This document shows, piece after piece, positions 21,545 through 33,703 of a DNA stretch of 64,000 bases. Source of the DNA: Obrimoposthia wandeli (taxonomy: Eukaryota); contig CDROCS010003157.1 in assembly GCA_977020255.1 (NCBI GenBank), positions 1 to 64,000 of the forward strand, given 5' to 3'. The translations under genes and the position numbers were made by a program. Within the stretch, counting starts at the first letter, position 1. Each line of letters begins with the position of its first letter. The notes below the pieces were generated by a model, which saw nothing but the letters and a program-made list of their open reading frames with translations, made no database searches and was not told where the DNA came from.

Positions 21545-22860
21545 GAGAAACACCTGTCATAAAACACACAATACCGCTGACAGAAGACAAAGTAGTCAGA
21601 AGAAGACCATATCGAGTACCTTTACAGTTACAAGATGAAATCAAAAGTCAGATTGAAGATATGTCTAGAACAGGAGTAATTAGACCGAGTTTTTCACCAT
21701 TTCAGCACCTGTAGTGTTAGTAAAAAAGAAGGATGGAAAAATGAGATTCTGTATAGATTTCAGAGAACTGAACAAGATCACAAGAAAATATGTGTATCCA
21801 TTACCTAGAATTGAAGAGATGCTCGATAAATTAGGTAATTAAGATTATTTTACGACATTGAATTTGCAGAGTGGATACTGGCAAATCGAGATAGAGGAAG
21901 AGGATAAACACAAAACAGCCTTTTCCTGCAGAGATGGATTGTACGAATGCGAAAAAATGCCATTCAGACTGACAGGAGCGCCAGCAACATTTCAGCGTTG
22001 CATGAATTTTGTACTCGCATCATGTGCAAATACGATGGTTTATATCGATGACATAATTATATTTTCTAAGACGTTCGAGGAACATCTAAAAAATCTTGAA
22101 GTTGTATTTAAAAGACTGGAAAACGCTAAATTAAAAGTTAAACCTACAAAATGCGAATGAGCTAAAGAGCGAGTAACATTTTTTAGGACATATAGTATTG
22201 AAAGAAGGCATCCGACCTGATCCAGCAAAGATCGAGAAAGTAAAAGCGCATCTAGCGCCAAAGACTGTTAAGGAAATACAGAGTTTTTTAGGTCTTGCGA
22301 ACTATTATAGACGATTTGTTGAACATTTTTCAGATAAAAAAACACCATTGAGAAAGTTGACGAGGAAAGATGAGAAGTTCATATGGAGAAAAGAAGCACA
22401 ACAAGCGTTCGAGCATTTAAAGGGAAGACTGATAAAAGCACCAATATTAGCGTTTCCAGATATAAACCGACAATTCATACTAATGACGGATACAAGTAAC
22501 TATGCTGTATGAGCAGTATTGGGACAAGAGGATGACGAAGGAAGAGAACACGTCATCGCGTATGCGAGTAGAGGGTTAAACAGAGCCTAAAGAGAATACC
22601 CTGTTATTGAAAAGGAATGTCTAGCCATAGTATATTCATGTAGACAGTACAGACACTACTTGCTAGGACAAAATGTATTCCTGTATACAGATCACAAACC
22701 ACTACAGTTCTTGTATAAACATAGAGACGATATGAGTAGATTAAACAGATGGTTTCTGAAATTGGCCGAATTTGATCTAGAAATCCGTTATAGAACCGGA
22801 AAGTCGAATGGCAACACAGATTGTTTGTCGAGATTGATAAATGTAGACGAGAAAGGAAAC
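21545..22860 (+). pseudogene. Reverse transcriptase and RNase H
   Basis: [51 protein letters not shown]. RNase H TDTSNYAV, EKECLA, YTDHKPL and NTDCLSR. Multiple stops and frameshifts. Confidence 0.95.
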
Positions 22861-23099
22861 ATAATTCCAGAAGAAGGTCAAGATGAAGCCAATGACCAAA
22901 AAGGAGAAGCAAATCTACTAACGATTTTGCTGAAGACGGGTAAAATAGACAAAGAGATCATCAAGGAACAAAAAGAAGATGAAGAACTGAGTCTAATCAA
23001 AGAACTGTTAGTGAAAGGAGATCTAAACGATGAAATGACGAAGAAATACTCGATAAAAGAAGGAATGTTGTATATTGTCAACAATGTCGGAAAGATAGT

Positions 23100-24150
23100 A
23101 GTAGTAATTCCGAAGTCATTGAAAACAGTAGTGATGATCCAATACCACGATGGAACACTGGGAGGACATCTGTCAGGACGAAAGACAATAGCCAGAATCA
23201 AAGAGAAGTACCATTGGGATGGTATGGAAGATGACATAAAACAATGGTGTAAACAATATAAAGTATATTTAACCAGAAAAGACACAGGAACTCGTACTAA
23301 AGTTCCTCTGAAACCGATGCCAGTTCCTTTGGCACCAATGGAATTCACAGCGATGGATATATTGGGACCATTGAGAGAATCGAGTAAAGGAAACAAGTAC
23401 GTTATAGTATTTACGGACTACATGACGAGATGGGTAGAAGCATATCCCATGCAAAACCAGAAGGCTGAAACAATAGCGCAGATCTTAGTTGAAGATATAA
23501 TATTTCGATACGGAGTACCTAGAAAGTTATTAACGGATCAAGGCAAGAACTTCACTGGAGAAGTAATAAAAGCAGTATCGAAGATATTCGGAATCATGAA
23601 GTTACAAACTTCACCATATCACCCACAAACCGATGGTCTAGTAGAGAGGTTTAATAAAACTTTATGTATGATAGTACAATCTTATTGCTCCGATAAGCAA
23701 GTGGATTGGGATAAGTATTTACCTTCATGTTTATATGCTTACAGGAATTCAGTTCGAGAGGCGACGGGTCACACACCATTCTATCTGATGTATCTCAGAC
23801 AGAACAATATGCCAATGGATCTGGAGTGGACCGAACCAACATCTCAGTACCTAGAAACTGAACAATACATTGTCGTTATGAAAGAAAGACTACAAGATGC
23901 TTGGACTAAAGCAGGATTGAAGTTGAAATTCAATCAAGAAGGTTACAAGGAACAATATGACAAAAAGGCAAAACCACATTAATTTAGAGTCGGAGATCAA
24001 GTGATGATATTTTACCCAGTCATCGAACCAGGTCTATCGTTTAAACTTCACAGACCATACAAAGGACCATACAAGGTGATACAGACAATCTCAACGAACT
24101 TGATAGTAATCAACGAGGAGAACCGGAACAAGGAACCAATGATTGTACAT
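23100..24150 (+). pseudogene. Gypsy integrase with GPY/F motif
   Basis: HDG..GH zinc motif, AMDILGP, LTDQGKNF, LVERFNKTL and YKGPY. In-frame TAA at 23980. Confidence 0.95.
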
Positions 24151-24299
24151 GCAAATCGATGTAAACTGGTACCGAATAGAGATAATGCGTCACGATATGA
24201 GCTAAGATCACAGAAATTAAAGCTGAATACCAATACCATTAAACTTACACGAATGGTAAATGATCGAAACCACATAAATACGATGACAAGTGGTAACGA

Positions 24300-25340
24300 T
24301 GAAAAACCAGCAAGAATTTGCATGCTCAGAATGAAGCACCAAGAGGAAAAAGAAGTAATCCGACACATCCTACCACAAGAGATATTAGAAGAAGACAAAG
24401 AGATCATAGTCGTTTTCGAAAGAACACAATCAACAGATTTGGCGAAAGAAGTCATTGTGAAAGATGCACTAACAAACGAATTTCTGTGCGAACTTAAATT
24501 TCGATGAAAATACACTAGTCGCAGAACTGCATCAAAAACTCCAATGTGTTTACGACTGAGAAAGTGATAATAGAAATCACATTGATACCAAACATAGTTG
24601 TATGGCAGAACTATGACAGTACCGAAGCAGGACTAGCCAGTCAGGAAGGAAAAGAACCGGCCAGTGGTCATATACTTCATGGCACACCAAAAAGACTCAA
24701 ACAGGAATACCATGATGTAATAATGGTATTACGCAATTCACACGAGAAAAAAGATATATTGAGAGTTCATTTAATCGACGCCGAGACAAAAAAGGTAATA
24801 TATCAGATGGTCACAAAATACTTTGATGGAAAGACCATTGTATGTAATATACCGGTATCTCACCAATTAAAAACAGATCAAACAGAAGTATCTGTAAGAT
24901 TGAGTGTAATAGAAGGATTCCATTCGCCAACCCAACCGGAAGTAACAAACAATAAAATCGTTAAAGCAACGGCAGAGTTACGTATTAACCGATACGTGGA
25001 TACCGAAAGTTGGAAGCTAAAAATAAACCACAAAGAATCAATATGATCAGAGAACAAGCGACAAACTCAATCCAGCCAAAATATCATGCTGAAATAATAT
25101 CATCCGCGCCAAGTGTGATTACATCGATAAACGACGAAATTATAATTTTACTAAAAAATCGATGGCCATCATCAACCGAGATACGAGTAAATTTAGTGAA
25201 TTATGCAAAAACACCGATATCTAAGTTGAATGTCACCTATTTTGATGGATTGTCCATTATGGGTAAATTGGAAACAAGTGTCATGTGCTATGGAGCACAG
25301 TTCCAAGTTGAGATACTTAAGGATAGTGTAATACCGTATC
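24300..25340 (+). pseudogene. Post-integrase extension with three approximately 100-aa beta-rich repeats
   Basis: Repeats PQEILEEDKEIIVVF, PKRLKQEYHDVIMVL..YFDG and PSVITSINDEIIILL..YFDG align with each other. The fold is not established. Confidence 0.45.
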
Positions 25341-25789
25341 CGAATTATAGAGACTCAGGACCAGTCAATCCAATTATTCTAACCCCTTCATTAATTTCAG
25401 TTCAAACTGACATACCAGAACACCCTTCGAGCGAGTCTAGTCAAGACAGTGAACCTGAAAGCAGCAATCCAGAGTCAACAGAATCCGAAGATAACATAAT
25501 AGAGCGATTCGGAAGAACCATGGAAGTTGAATTCGCTAAAGAGAGCAAAAAAAGACGAAACATAGACTTCGTGAAGCAGATTATACAAGAAAGACGAATT
25601 AAATCCGCAGAAGAAACCGAGTCGGAAGAGGAACTAACAAAGGAACAGACTTCAGAGACAAATATGAATATATCTCCAGCGATACGAATGCTGAGAGGAA
25701 AGAAACTGGCGAAATTATCCATCGTCGATGAACAAATAGAGAAGCGATTAGAAAGACTAAAACTTGAGGAGTCAGAATTGATGCCACCA

Positions 25790-26210
25790 ATGAGTGAGAT
25801 AATTCCAGATATGTTATACCTCGGAAATGTGGAAGACGCTACAGACGAAAATAAACTGTTGGAAAAAGGGATAACATATGTGATCAATGTTACAATGAAT
25901 CACGAATAGCAATACCAGACAATCAGAGCTATGACATTAAGAGTGAAAGACTCAATGGAGTCTAATCTTCTCGAATAATTCGGAGAAACAAACGAGATAA
26001 TTTACAAAGAACTCCAAAACCAAGGAAAAGTGTTGGTACATTGTCAGAAAGAAATCTCTAGATCAGCAACCTTGGTATTAGCATATCTAATAAAGAGTAA
26101 ACGAATGCAGGTACTAGAAGCACTGAATTATCTACAAGAAAGACGAAGTATTGCGAACCCAAATCTTAATTTTTTGGGACAATTGTCAAATTACCAACTC
26201 ATGTTACAAG
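25790..26210 (+). pseudogene. Dual-specificity protein phosphatase domain
   Basis: MSEIIPDMLYLGN..GITYVINVT..D..VLVHCQKEISRSATLVLAYL..AL.Y...RR.IANPNLNFLGQL. The P-loop HCxxGxSRS has G to E; two in-frame stops. Confidence 0.92.
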
Positions 26211-26299
26211 AACGGAGACGGATGAATGACATTCCCGAAGATCCAAAGGAAAAGAATTTCCTCCAATCACTATCGTTGACCGGATTATTCTTAGCAAGA

Positions 26300-26740
26300 G
26301 TCGACAAAATCACCCAGATAATGCCGAAAGTATTTTTATGTCACCCAGGAGATATAGATACTGCTGGATTAAAGTTCCACACTATCAACCGAGTAATTAA
26401 CATTGTTGAAGTCGAAAACGAGATAATCAGTATATGTCAAAATACTGAAGATGATACTACACGATATATACATGCTTCAAATAGGGAGGTAAACGACGCA
26501 CAACAACACCTGAGGAAGTTGACTCAAACAATCCAAGTCGAAGTCACAGAAGGAAGCAGCGTTCTGATATATCAGAAAAAAGGTACAATGTTAGCACCTA
26601 CCATAGGTGTATCCTTGTTGGTAGAGTACCATTGTCATACACCAGAGGAAGCGATGGTCTACATCAAACAGAATAGACCAGATACGGAATTCAAACCGTT
26701 ACTCGTTCGAGAAATAGAGAAATACTTTGAAAGAAGGAAG
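26300..26740 (+). pseudogene. Second, catalytically dead DSP-like domain, followed by hydrophobic/TM segments to about 26990
   Basis: ITQIMPKVFL..INRVINI..VLIYQKKGTMLAPTIGVSLL..EEAM.YIKQNRP keeps the DSP scaffold but lacks the catalytic Cys and Arg. Downstream LLALGLLSCLM and ALMMLLVLIGLIDVWLI are hydrophobic. Confidence 0.65.
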
Positions 26741-29737
26741 CAACAACGAGAAATGAATGAGGTTACAACAACAGTGCCCAGCTATCAGTACCGAAGATTG
26801 CTAGCACTAGGTTTGTTAAGTTGTCTAATGCCAACAACGGGAGCACAAGAGATAGGCTCCAACCACGGAAATAGTTCCTGGTTCAAAGAAATCAACAGAT
26901 ACATCATGCAGTACCATACGCCGGCACTGATGATGCTATTAGTGTTGATAGGACTGATCGATGTTTGGCTAATCAGAAAATTTTTTCGATCCATAAGAAC
27001 CGACAGAGAAAGATTCCAGTTTGTAAAAATGAAGAGACCAAATGGACCAACAAACCAGGTACTTGTTTATCTAGACGAAAGGATCGAGGAGAACATAGTG
27101 AATGAAGCGATATATTATCCACAAAACAGAATACTGAATCAATTCCGAATGGACTACGAAGCTGGCCGACAGCGCACACTTGACCGAATATCAGCAACAT
27201 TCGCTGGATGCGGGCGAAGAAAGCGAATTGTAAAGGAAATACAAAAAGAGGCGGATACAAAAGGCACGACGTATACGATACAGCAATACTAATACAAAAA
27301 TATTTTCCCGAAAACAATATATTTAAATTCGAAATTCGGAATTTTATTATATTCAATATTATGGGACTTAGTAAGAAAAAATTATCGTGCATTCTTTTTT
27401 ACAGTGATACGGTACAATACATTTTTATTAAGCTATAATAAAGTTTAAATAATATACACATTAATTTTTTAGATATTGTAACTATGCCTAGAGTCTTAGT
27501 TGTGTAAAAACTGACTTGGCAGCCAATGATTTTTTTGAAAAAAACATTTCTATGATAAATACTTTAAAATTTTTAAATTCTCGGTTTTTTAAAAGGTTTT
27601 TGCACAGAGACCCCCTCTTGTTAGTTACGATCTGATTGGAAGAACCAAATGACAGTCAATTGGATATTTTTATGATATTGCATTTGTAATTTCTGCTGAT
27701 TCTCAAAATCTCGACAGAGATAACCTGTACTCGAAAATAAGTAAATATAATTCTGAGAATTATTAGTTCATTTGACGATTTTCTGCGTTATTCATTAACG
27801 CATTGGCCCAATTTGTCTTTCTTAAGGGCATTACTTTATCGCATGAAAAAAATGGTAAATATGTTTATAAAAGGGTACACTCATTTTTATTGTAATTTAA
27901 TAAGTATTCGAACTCTGTTGCTAAGAAGGTTTCATTGGAAATTATCAATGGTGTATATTAGAAATATATGATGTCCATGCACCAATGAGTTGAAGATGGG
28001 GTTACGTTAAGCCCATCTAGAGCTGATAACATCATAATTTAGTTCACTTACATTATCTTTAAATACAGTAATTCGGAAGTTTGTATGGCGATTTATTATT
28101 TATTATGATTTTGATAGCATAATGTTATATTTTTAAGAGATTTTGACAACTCTCCACTAAAATTCCTGGACAAATCGGTCAATCCATACAAAAAATGGGG
28201 TCAAGTGCTCGTTTTTTAAAATAACTTGTAGTTTATAGAATGAATGAGAGAGAAAAATTTATTAAAACCCTTAATTTTTTGATTTAAAGATATTTAATAT
28301 TGACAAAATAAATTTTAAAAATAATTCGTTTGAGGAATAGGCAAAAAATTTAAGCAATTTACAATGTTCCACTGATTCGATGTTACAAAAATTGTAAAAG
28401 GAAAATTAACCGAAAAAGATGCTACCGAATTTTGTATACTACATAATTAATTCTTCTATTACTTGAAATTAAATGAAAATAAAATGTTTGAAAACTGAGT
28501 ATATTTCATATTTTATTTATACTATACGGAACCTCCACTTAATTAATTTAAGACAAAATTAATACGGATACATTCAAAAATATTCCTTAGCGATTAATTT
28601 ATCGGTATATGTAAAATTATGCAATAGAAATTTCATGGCAATTAATTTGTGAAAAATACGCCCAAAAAAAAAAATTCTTAAGCCATTTCAATTTTATAGT
28701 TTAATGTTATAAAAATAAGAACTAATAAACAAAATCTCTTTTAATTATCGAATATAGATTACTCCAACAAAAAACGCAACATCTTTCGATTTGAATCCAT
28801 TTTGAAATTATGGTAAAAATAAGATTGGAAATTAACTCGTTTGAATTTTAATTTTAAAAATAAATTTTACATTACAAATTATTGATTGAAAATATCGTTA
28901 ATGAATATACCTAATAATACCTAACTATTAATCAAGTACCATTATGAAGTGATATTTTGGATTTTTATATGGACAAGATTGTAGTAATCTGATTTTTGGC
29001 CTGTATGTTACATGCCGCACGAACGATGTGGAGGTAACTTTCATAACGTTTTGCATATTGAAGTGAAGTTGCTATCGGACAGTGTAGTGACATGCCAATT
29101 TTGATATCGGCCCTGGTGACTGCGCCCAGTCGGTTTATGCATATCTATCATATACATATATAGCACACATACTCAGACACACAAGTCGGAAGTGATGACC
29201 GTCTATCGGCATTTTACTGATAATTGCATCACACTGCGTCTTACGTCACTGGGTAATAAAATTAATTTAAACTCCAATAAATTAAACTGTATACAGCAAT
29301 CATGTAATTGAAATCAATAAAAGTCCAGTAAAATTTTCATCAGACACTAGAAATGCCGTCCAATGAGAAACTGAGTCAGTCTGGTAACTAATGACTGATT
29401 TTATTGATTGGCTCTAACGCGAACAGTAAAGTAATTTTATTGGTTCCGTCATTGCATAATAATTGAAATATTTCATATTTAGGTCTTTACAATCGGGACG
29501 AGTAGCATTTTGAACCAGTCCAGAAGTGGAAGATAAACACGATTAGATTGTCAAGAAACGAGAAGCATTGTCAAACGAAACTAAATTTATTGAATTGCCA
29601 ATTCCCAGAGGTGAGATAAGTTGATGTTGCTTGATGGACTGAGATTGTTTATGATGCTGCGTAAATTTTGACAGTTAGATCATAATAAAAATAGTTGTGC
29701 GCAGAGTGTTCATTTTGGTTTATTGCAGACTATAAAC

Positions 29738-32700
29738 ATGATCGCTAAGAAGACGGAGAAGCAGATGAGCCGAGTGAAGAGGCAGCTGCATCGGGTACGG
29801 CAGCAGAGACACGCTCTGATTTTGGTGGAGGCCCGAGCTAGGAGACAGCGAATGAAGTTGGATGGGGAGCGGGCGAAGTTGATGCAGACACTTAATCACG
29901 ATGAGGATAATGTCGTGGTTCCTCGTCGTAAGGAGGAGGAGGTTGTGGTGGATGTCGTGGATGTGGATGAGAAGGCGCATGAAGATCTGATGGTGTCACA
30001 GGATGATCTGGATGGAGAACAACAACTGGAGAGCCTGGATTCCGGGCTGGGTGCGAGTCTCTCCAAGACTGGTAAGTTGGGAACCCCATATACATTTCTG
30101 TGGTTGCTGTGAGCATAAGACCGTACTGATACGGCAGCGTGTAAAGTTAGGATCTGGGAATACAAATATACTAAGATATATCAGAAATAATTTTGGTATA
30201 TTCTATATATACATCACATAATTATTGCCTTTCATCACAGCCTTATATTGCTGTATTCATTAAACTAGCAAAGATTTTCAATACAGGAATTTCAATACAG
30301 AACAAAAAATTATTATACAATTAACTAAACACCTAAAATAAGTCATTAAAACTTATTTTTATATTATCAACTTTTGATCTTATTCATTATGTTTTTATTA
30401 GTGATTTTTGGAAATCGAGCTTCATTTTGTATTTATACCAACATTTAATTAAAACAAACCAACAAAAAATATATTTAGATATCAGGATTTTATTAAATAT
30501 GCTTATAACTATGAAATTTGTATTGTTATCAATAATTTAATTCGAGTGTTCAATACAGAAGTTTATCGAAGTGATAATCTAGCAACGAAGTTCAATTTTT
30601 GACAATTTAGTTTATATTCAGAGAAATGTATCTAAAATCGGTAGTTTTAATTTATTTGTCGATCTTGTACCGATATATGATATTTAATATCTGGAATTTT
30701 ATGTAACAGAATATTTTTTATAATAAAACAAACTGTAAAAATTCCAAATTTAAATTAGAAAATTTCGCTGAATATGTGTACTGTATATCTGATTTTGGGT
30801 ACCTTTTTTTCCAGAAAGTAAAAAAATAACCAATTTTAAATTGAGAGCAACAAATAATTTATTTGTTTTACTTGATTAAAATGATTTATATTCAATTAAA
30901 TTTGTAAAAGATATGAGTGAATTTTACTGAAGAAGTTTCACAATTATAGCATTTAAAATCGTACTGTTGTCTTGATCGAATACTTAGCTATGTGTAGATT
31001 CTACGGTATGCAAATTCTAAGAATAAACATAAATTGTTTTCGTTTATTGAATTTGCGATAAACAACAGTGCTTGCTTGGTGAAGGAGTAAAGTAGTTCTG
31101 ACACCAAATCGTGGCGAGTAATGGTAGTTTGCATAAGTCATTACCATACGACACCGTGACTGGTTTAGAATGTGCTAATAATAATCCATTGTGATGCACC
31201 ACAGAATGATGGTGGTGGCGATGTCGTTGTTTATGTGTAAACTAATATCAATTATTGTTATCAGTTATCGTCGTTGTGACACAACAGAGTTACATCTTTC
31301 ATAATCATATGCGAAGGTGACGGATGGTGGTGGAATTTGTAGAGATGGTGTAAAGTTAATGTCACTAGCATTAATTTCGAGACTATTTTGGGGTTTCGGA
31401 AAGGTGTGTTGTTCCGACTTTTGTTTAAATAAATGGCTCAAGCTAACATAGAAATAAGATTACATCTGATGAAGAGGTAATTATATAATTTTTTTAAAAT
31501 AAATTTCGTATTTAGAATTAAATAAGTAAAAATAGAATGTTTTCATATATAAATAGATATTCATACATATGTTAGTCTTATATTGTAATTAGTTGAAATA
31601 AATCTCTATTTTTAAATATACAATTTAATAGGGGTTTTCGAGGTTGATAAATGTAAATATTTATGGGACACGCACAGTTACTTGACAGTCTCTTTTACAT
31701 ATTGCATCGTTATTGTATGGTGTGCTCAAACTAAAATAATGACTCCTAAATTCATGATATGCAGATGTGACTCCGATCGATTTGTCGCACTCTAGCAGTG
31801 GCGGAATTGCCCCGCACTCGGTGAGCACCTTCCTGTCTCCGGTCCCGCCCCACCAGCAGCACCATCACATGCTCCAACAACGAAACCACACTCCTCCATG
31901 TAGAACCCCATTCGGACAGCAGTCGCACCATGGGCCACTTGCTACCAGCACCCCCATCTCTAGCGGTCTGCCATCCCGGCGAAGTGCTGATGACCATCTG
32001 GAGCAGTTCATGCAGGTAGACCCCACCCAGAACGTCAAGTGGCGGCAGCTAGCCGACAAGTACAACAAGGAGCTCGGTCCCAATGTGTGCGGCGTCTGTC
32101 ACAAGACCCTCAGTTGCAAGAGCGCCCTCACAATGCACTACCGCGTGCACACAGGTTCGTAGAGGATATATGAATAGTATTTTTAGTCCTTATTATTATC
32201 ATTATGACTTATTTAATATCATATTCCTATTTAGAAGAGCGGCCATTTGTTTGTGCGATCTGCCAAAAGCGTTTCTCTACAAAAGGAAACCTCAAAACGC
32301 ATCTGGGGGTAAGTTCGAGTATTTCTTGTTTTAAGTTTTGATGAATGTAATTTTAAAAGCAACATTCAAATATTTAAAGTTGGTTGCGTACAATTTATTG
32401 TAGTAATAACTCTCAAAATGCTTTTTAAATAGAAAAGTATTTATATTCTTACAATTGCTTATACAAAAAGAAGCAGAATAAGGTTTAAAATTTATATATA
32501 CTCATACAAAATACAATATATCGGCTATGTAAATGTAACTTGATTCGAATGTTGAACCAAGATGATTTAAAAGTATGATGATTTTGGTTTATTCTATGAA
32601 TGTTTCTTAACCTTAAATGAAATTTTCTATACATATTGATTTTGTAAATGATTGTGGTTTCTCTTGCAGCAGCACGCCGATGTCACTGACCAATACTGTT

Positions 32701-33703
32701 TGCCACAAGCACCTCCTCCCCCACAGCAGCAGCCGCAGCAATCCCAGACCAATAAAGCCCATTTAGCGGGCTCAATGATGGGGTTGCCTCCGCGTCTATT
32801 CCGACCGACGGATGAGGAAATGCAGCAGCAGCAGCAGCTCCAGTGCCGACAGTGTGGGGCTCGCCTACCCAATCGTGCGGCGCTGGAAGCTCACATGCAT
32901 ATGCATCTAGCGGCTGAGCATGCCCATAAGCAGCAGCACCCCTTGTGGCGTCTGCCGCCGATGCTGCCTCACCTAGCCCCACCGCCACCATTGCATCCAT
33001 CCGACAGCGATGACAAGATGGAGCCACAGCACCCGCTAGGCATCCACATCCCGGCCCCTCGGCCTCCGCAGCAGGTATGACCGACCTTGACAACTTGGGT
33101 ACTGTCTGGAATCGAAAATTAATGAATGCTTTCCCCCCAAAAAACGCTAAATGATGACATTGTATGCAACTTAATTATTGTCCAATAAAAATAAGTGTTC
33201 ACAGTAGTAACCATTCTTAGGTAGCTGTTGACTACTATTAATTTGTATAATAGATTAAGGAAGTCGATGCTTTCATATTTTTATAAACGAAAATCTCAAA
33301 TTCGGTTCCACTGTGTTGATCGATGAGTTATCCAACTGTTTCTATTTATTCAGGTTTTTTCAGACGTTCACACATAATTTTATTAATACAACTCTACTTT
33401 GACATGAACTTACTGATATTATTTTGTTGGCTTGACGAATAAATAATAGCCTAGTCTGCAACCGTGTAGTCGATGCAGCTGACCCAGGAGAAGATACAGG
33501 CACAACTGATAGGAATTATGGCCAGCAGTGGCCTCAACCCGACCCTGGCCTTGCAGTTCCTCCAGCACCACCACATCTTGCAGCAACAGCATCACGCCTT
33601 TAATATGCAGCAGCAACAGCTGGCCAACAAGCCCCCTCAGTTCGTGGTCAATGGCGGCGGGGGAGCACCGAGACCCAACTCCATCGGGAGTGACCACAAG
33701 TAG
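29738..33703 (+). CDS. SALL: Spalt/SALL-family C2H2 transcription factor: join(29738..30071,31765..32154,32235..32308,32670..33074,33470..33703)
   Basis: [57 protein letters not shown] is a SAL-box double finger. A single finger follows, plus Q-rich tracts and PIDLS. GT-AG junctions keep the frame; first and last exon boundaries are less certain. Confidence 0.85.

Larger units (their letters stand above)
16748..27292 (+). mobile_element. Ty3/Gypsy-type LTR retroelement, env-bearing, cargo-rich, decayed; LTRs not found
   Basis: PR-RT-RH-IN order, YIDD, DDE and GPY motif. Uniform purine-rich coding strand across about 10.5 kb with many in-frame stops and frameshifts. Confidence 0.92.

Noticed and set aside
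18761-26060. APOBEC-like G-to-A hypermutation of the Gypsy element (D to N in RT, G to R, W to stop, G to E in DSP, C to Y in IN)
   Set aside because: G-to-T and C-to-T lesions also occur, and the Maverick shows similar decay. General AT drift explains it unless a consensus alignment shows strand and context bias.
27292-27600. 3' LTR and polypurine tract of the Gypsy element
   Set aside because: No PPT followed by TG..CA and no matching repeat found; the element seems truncated.
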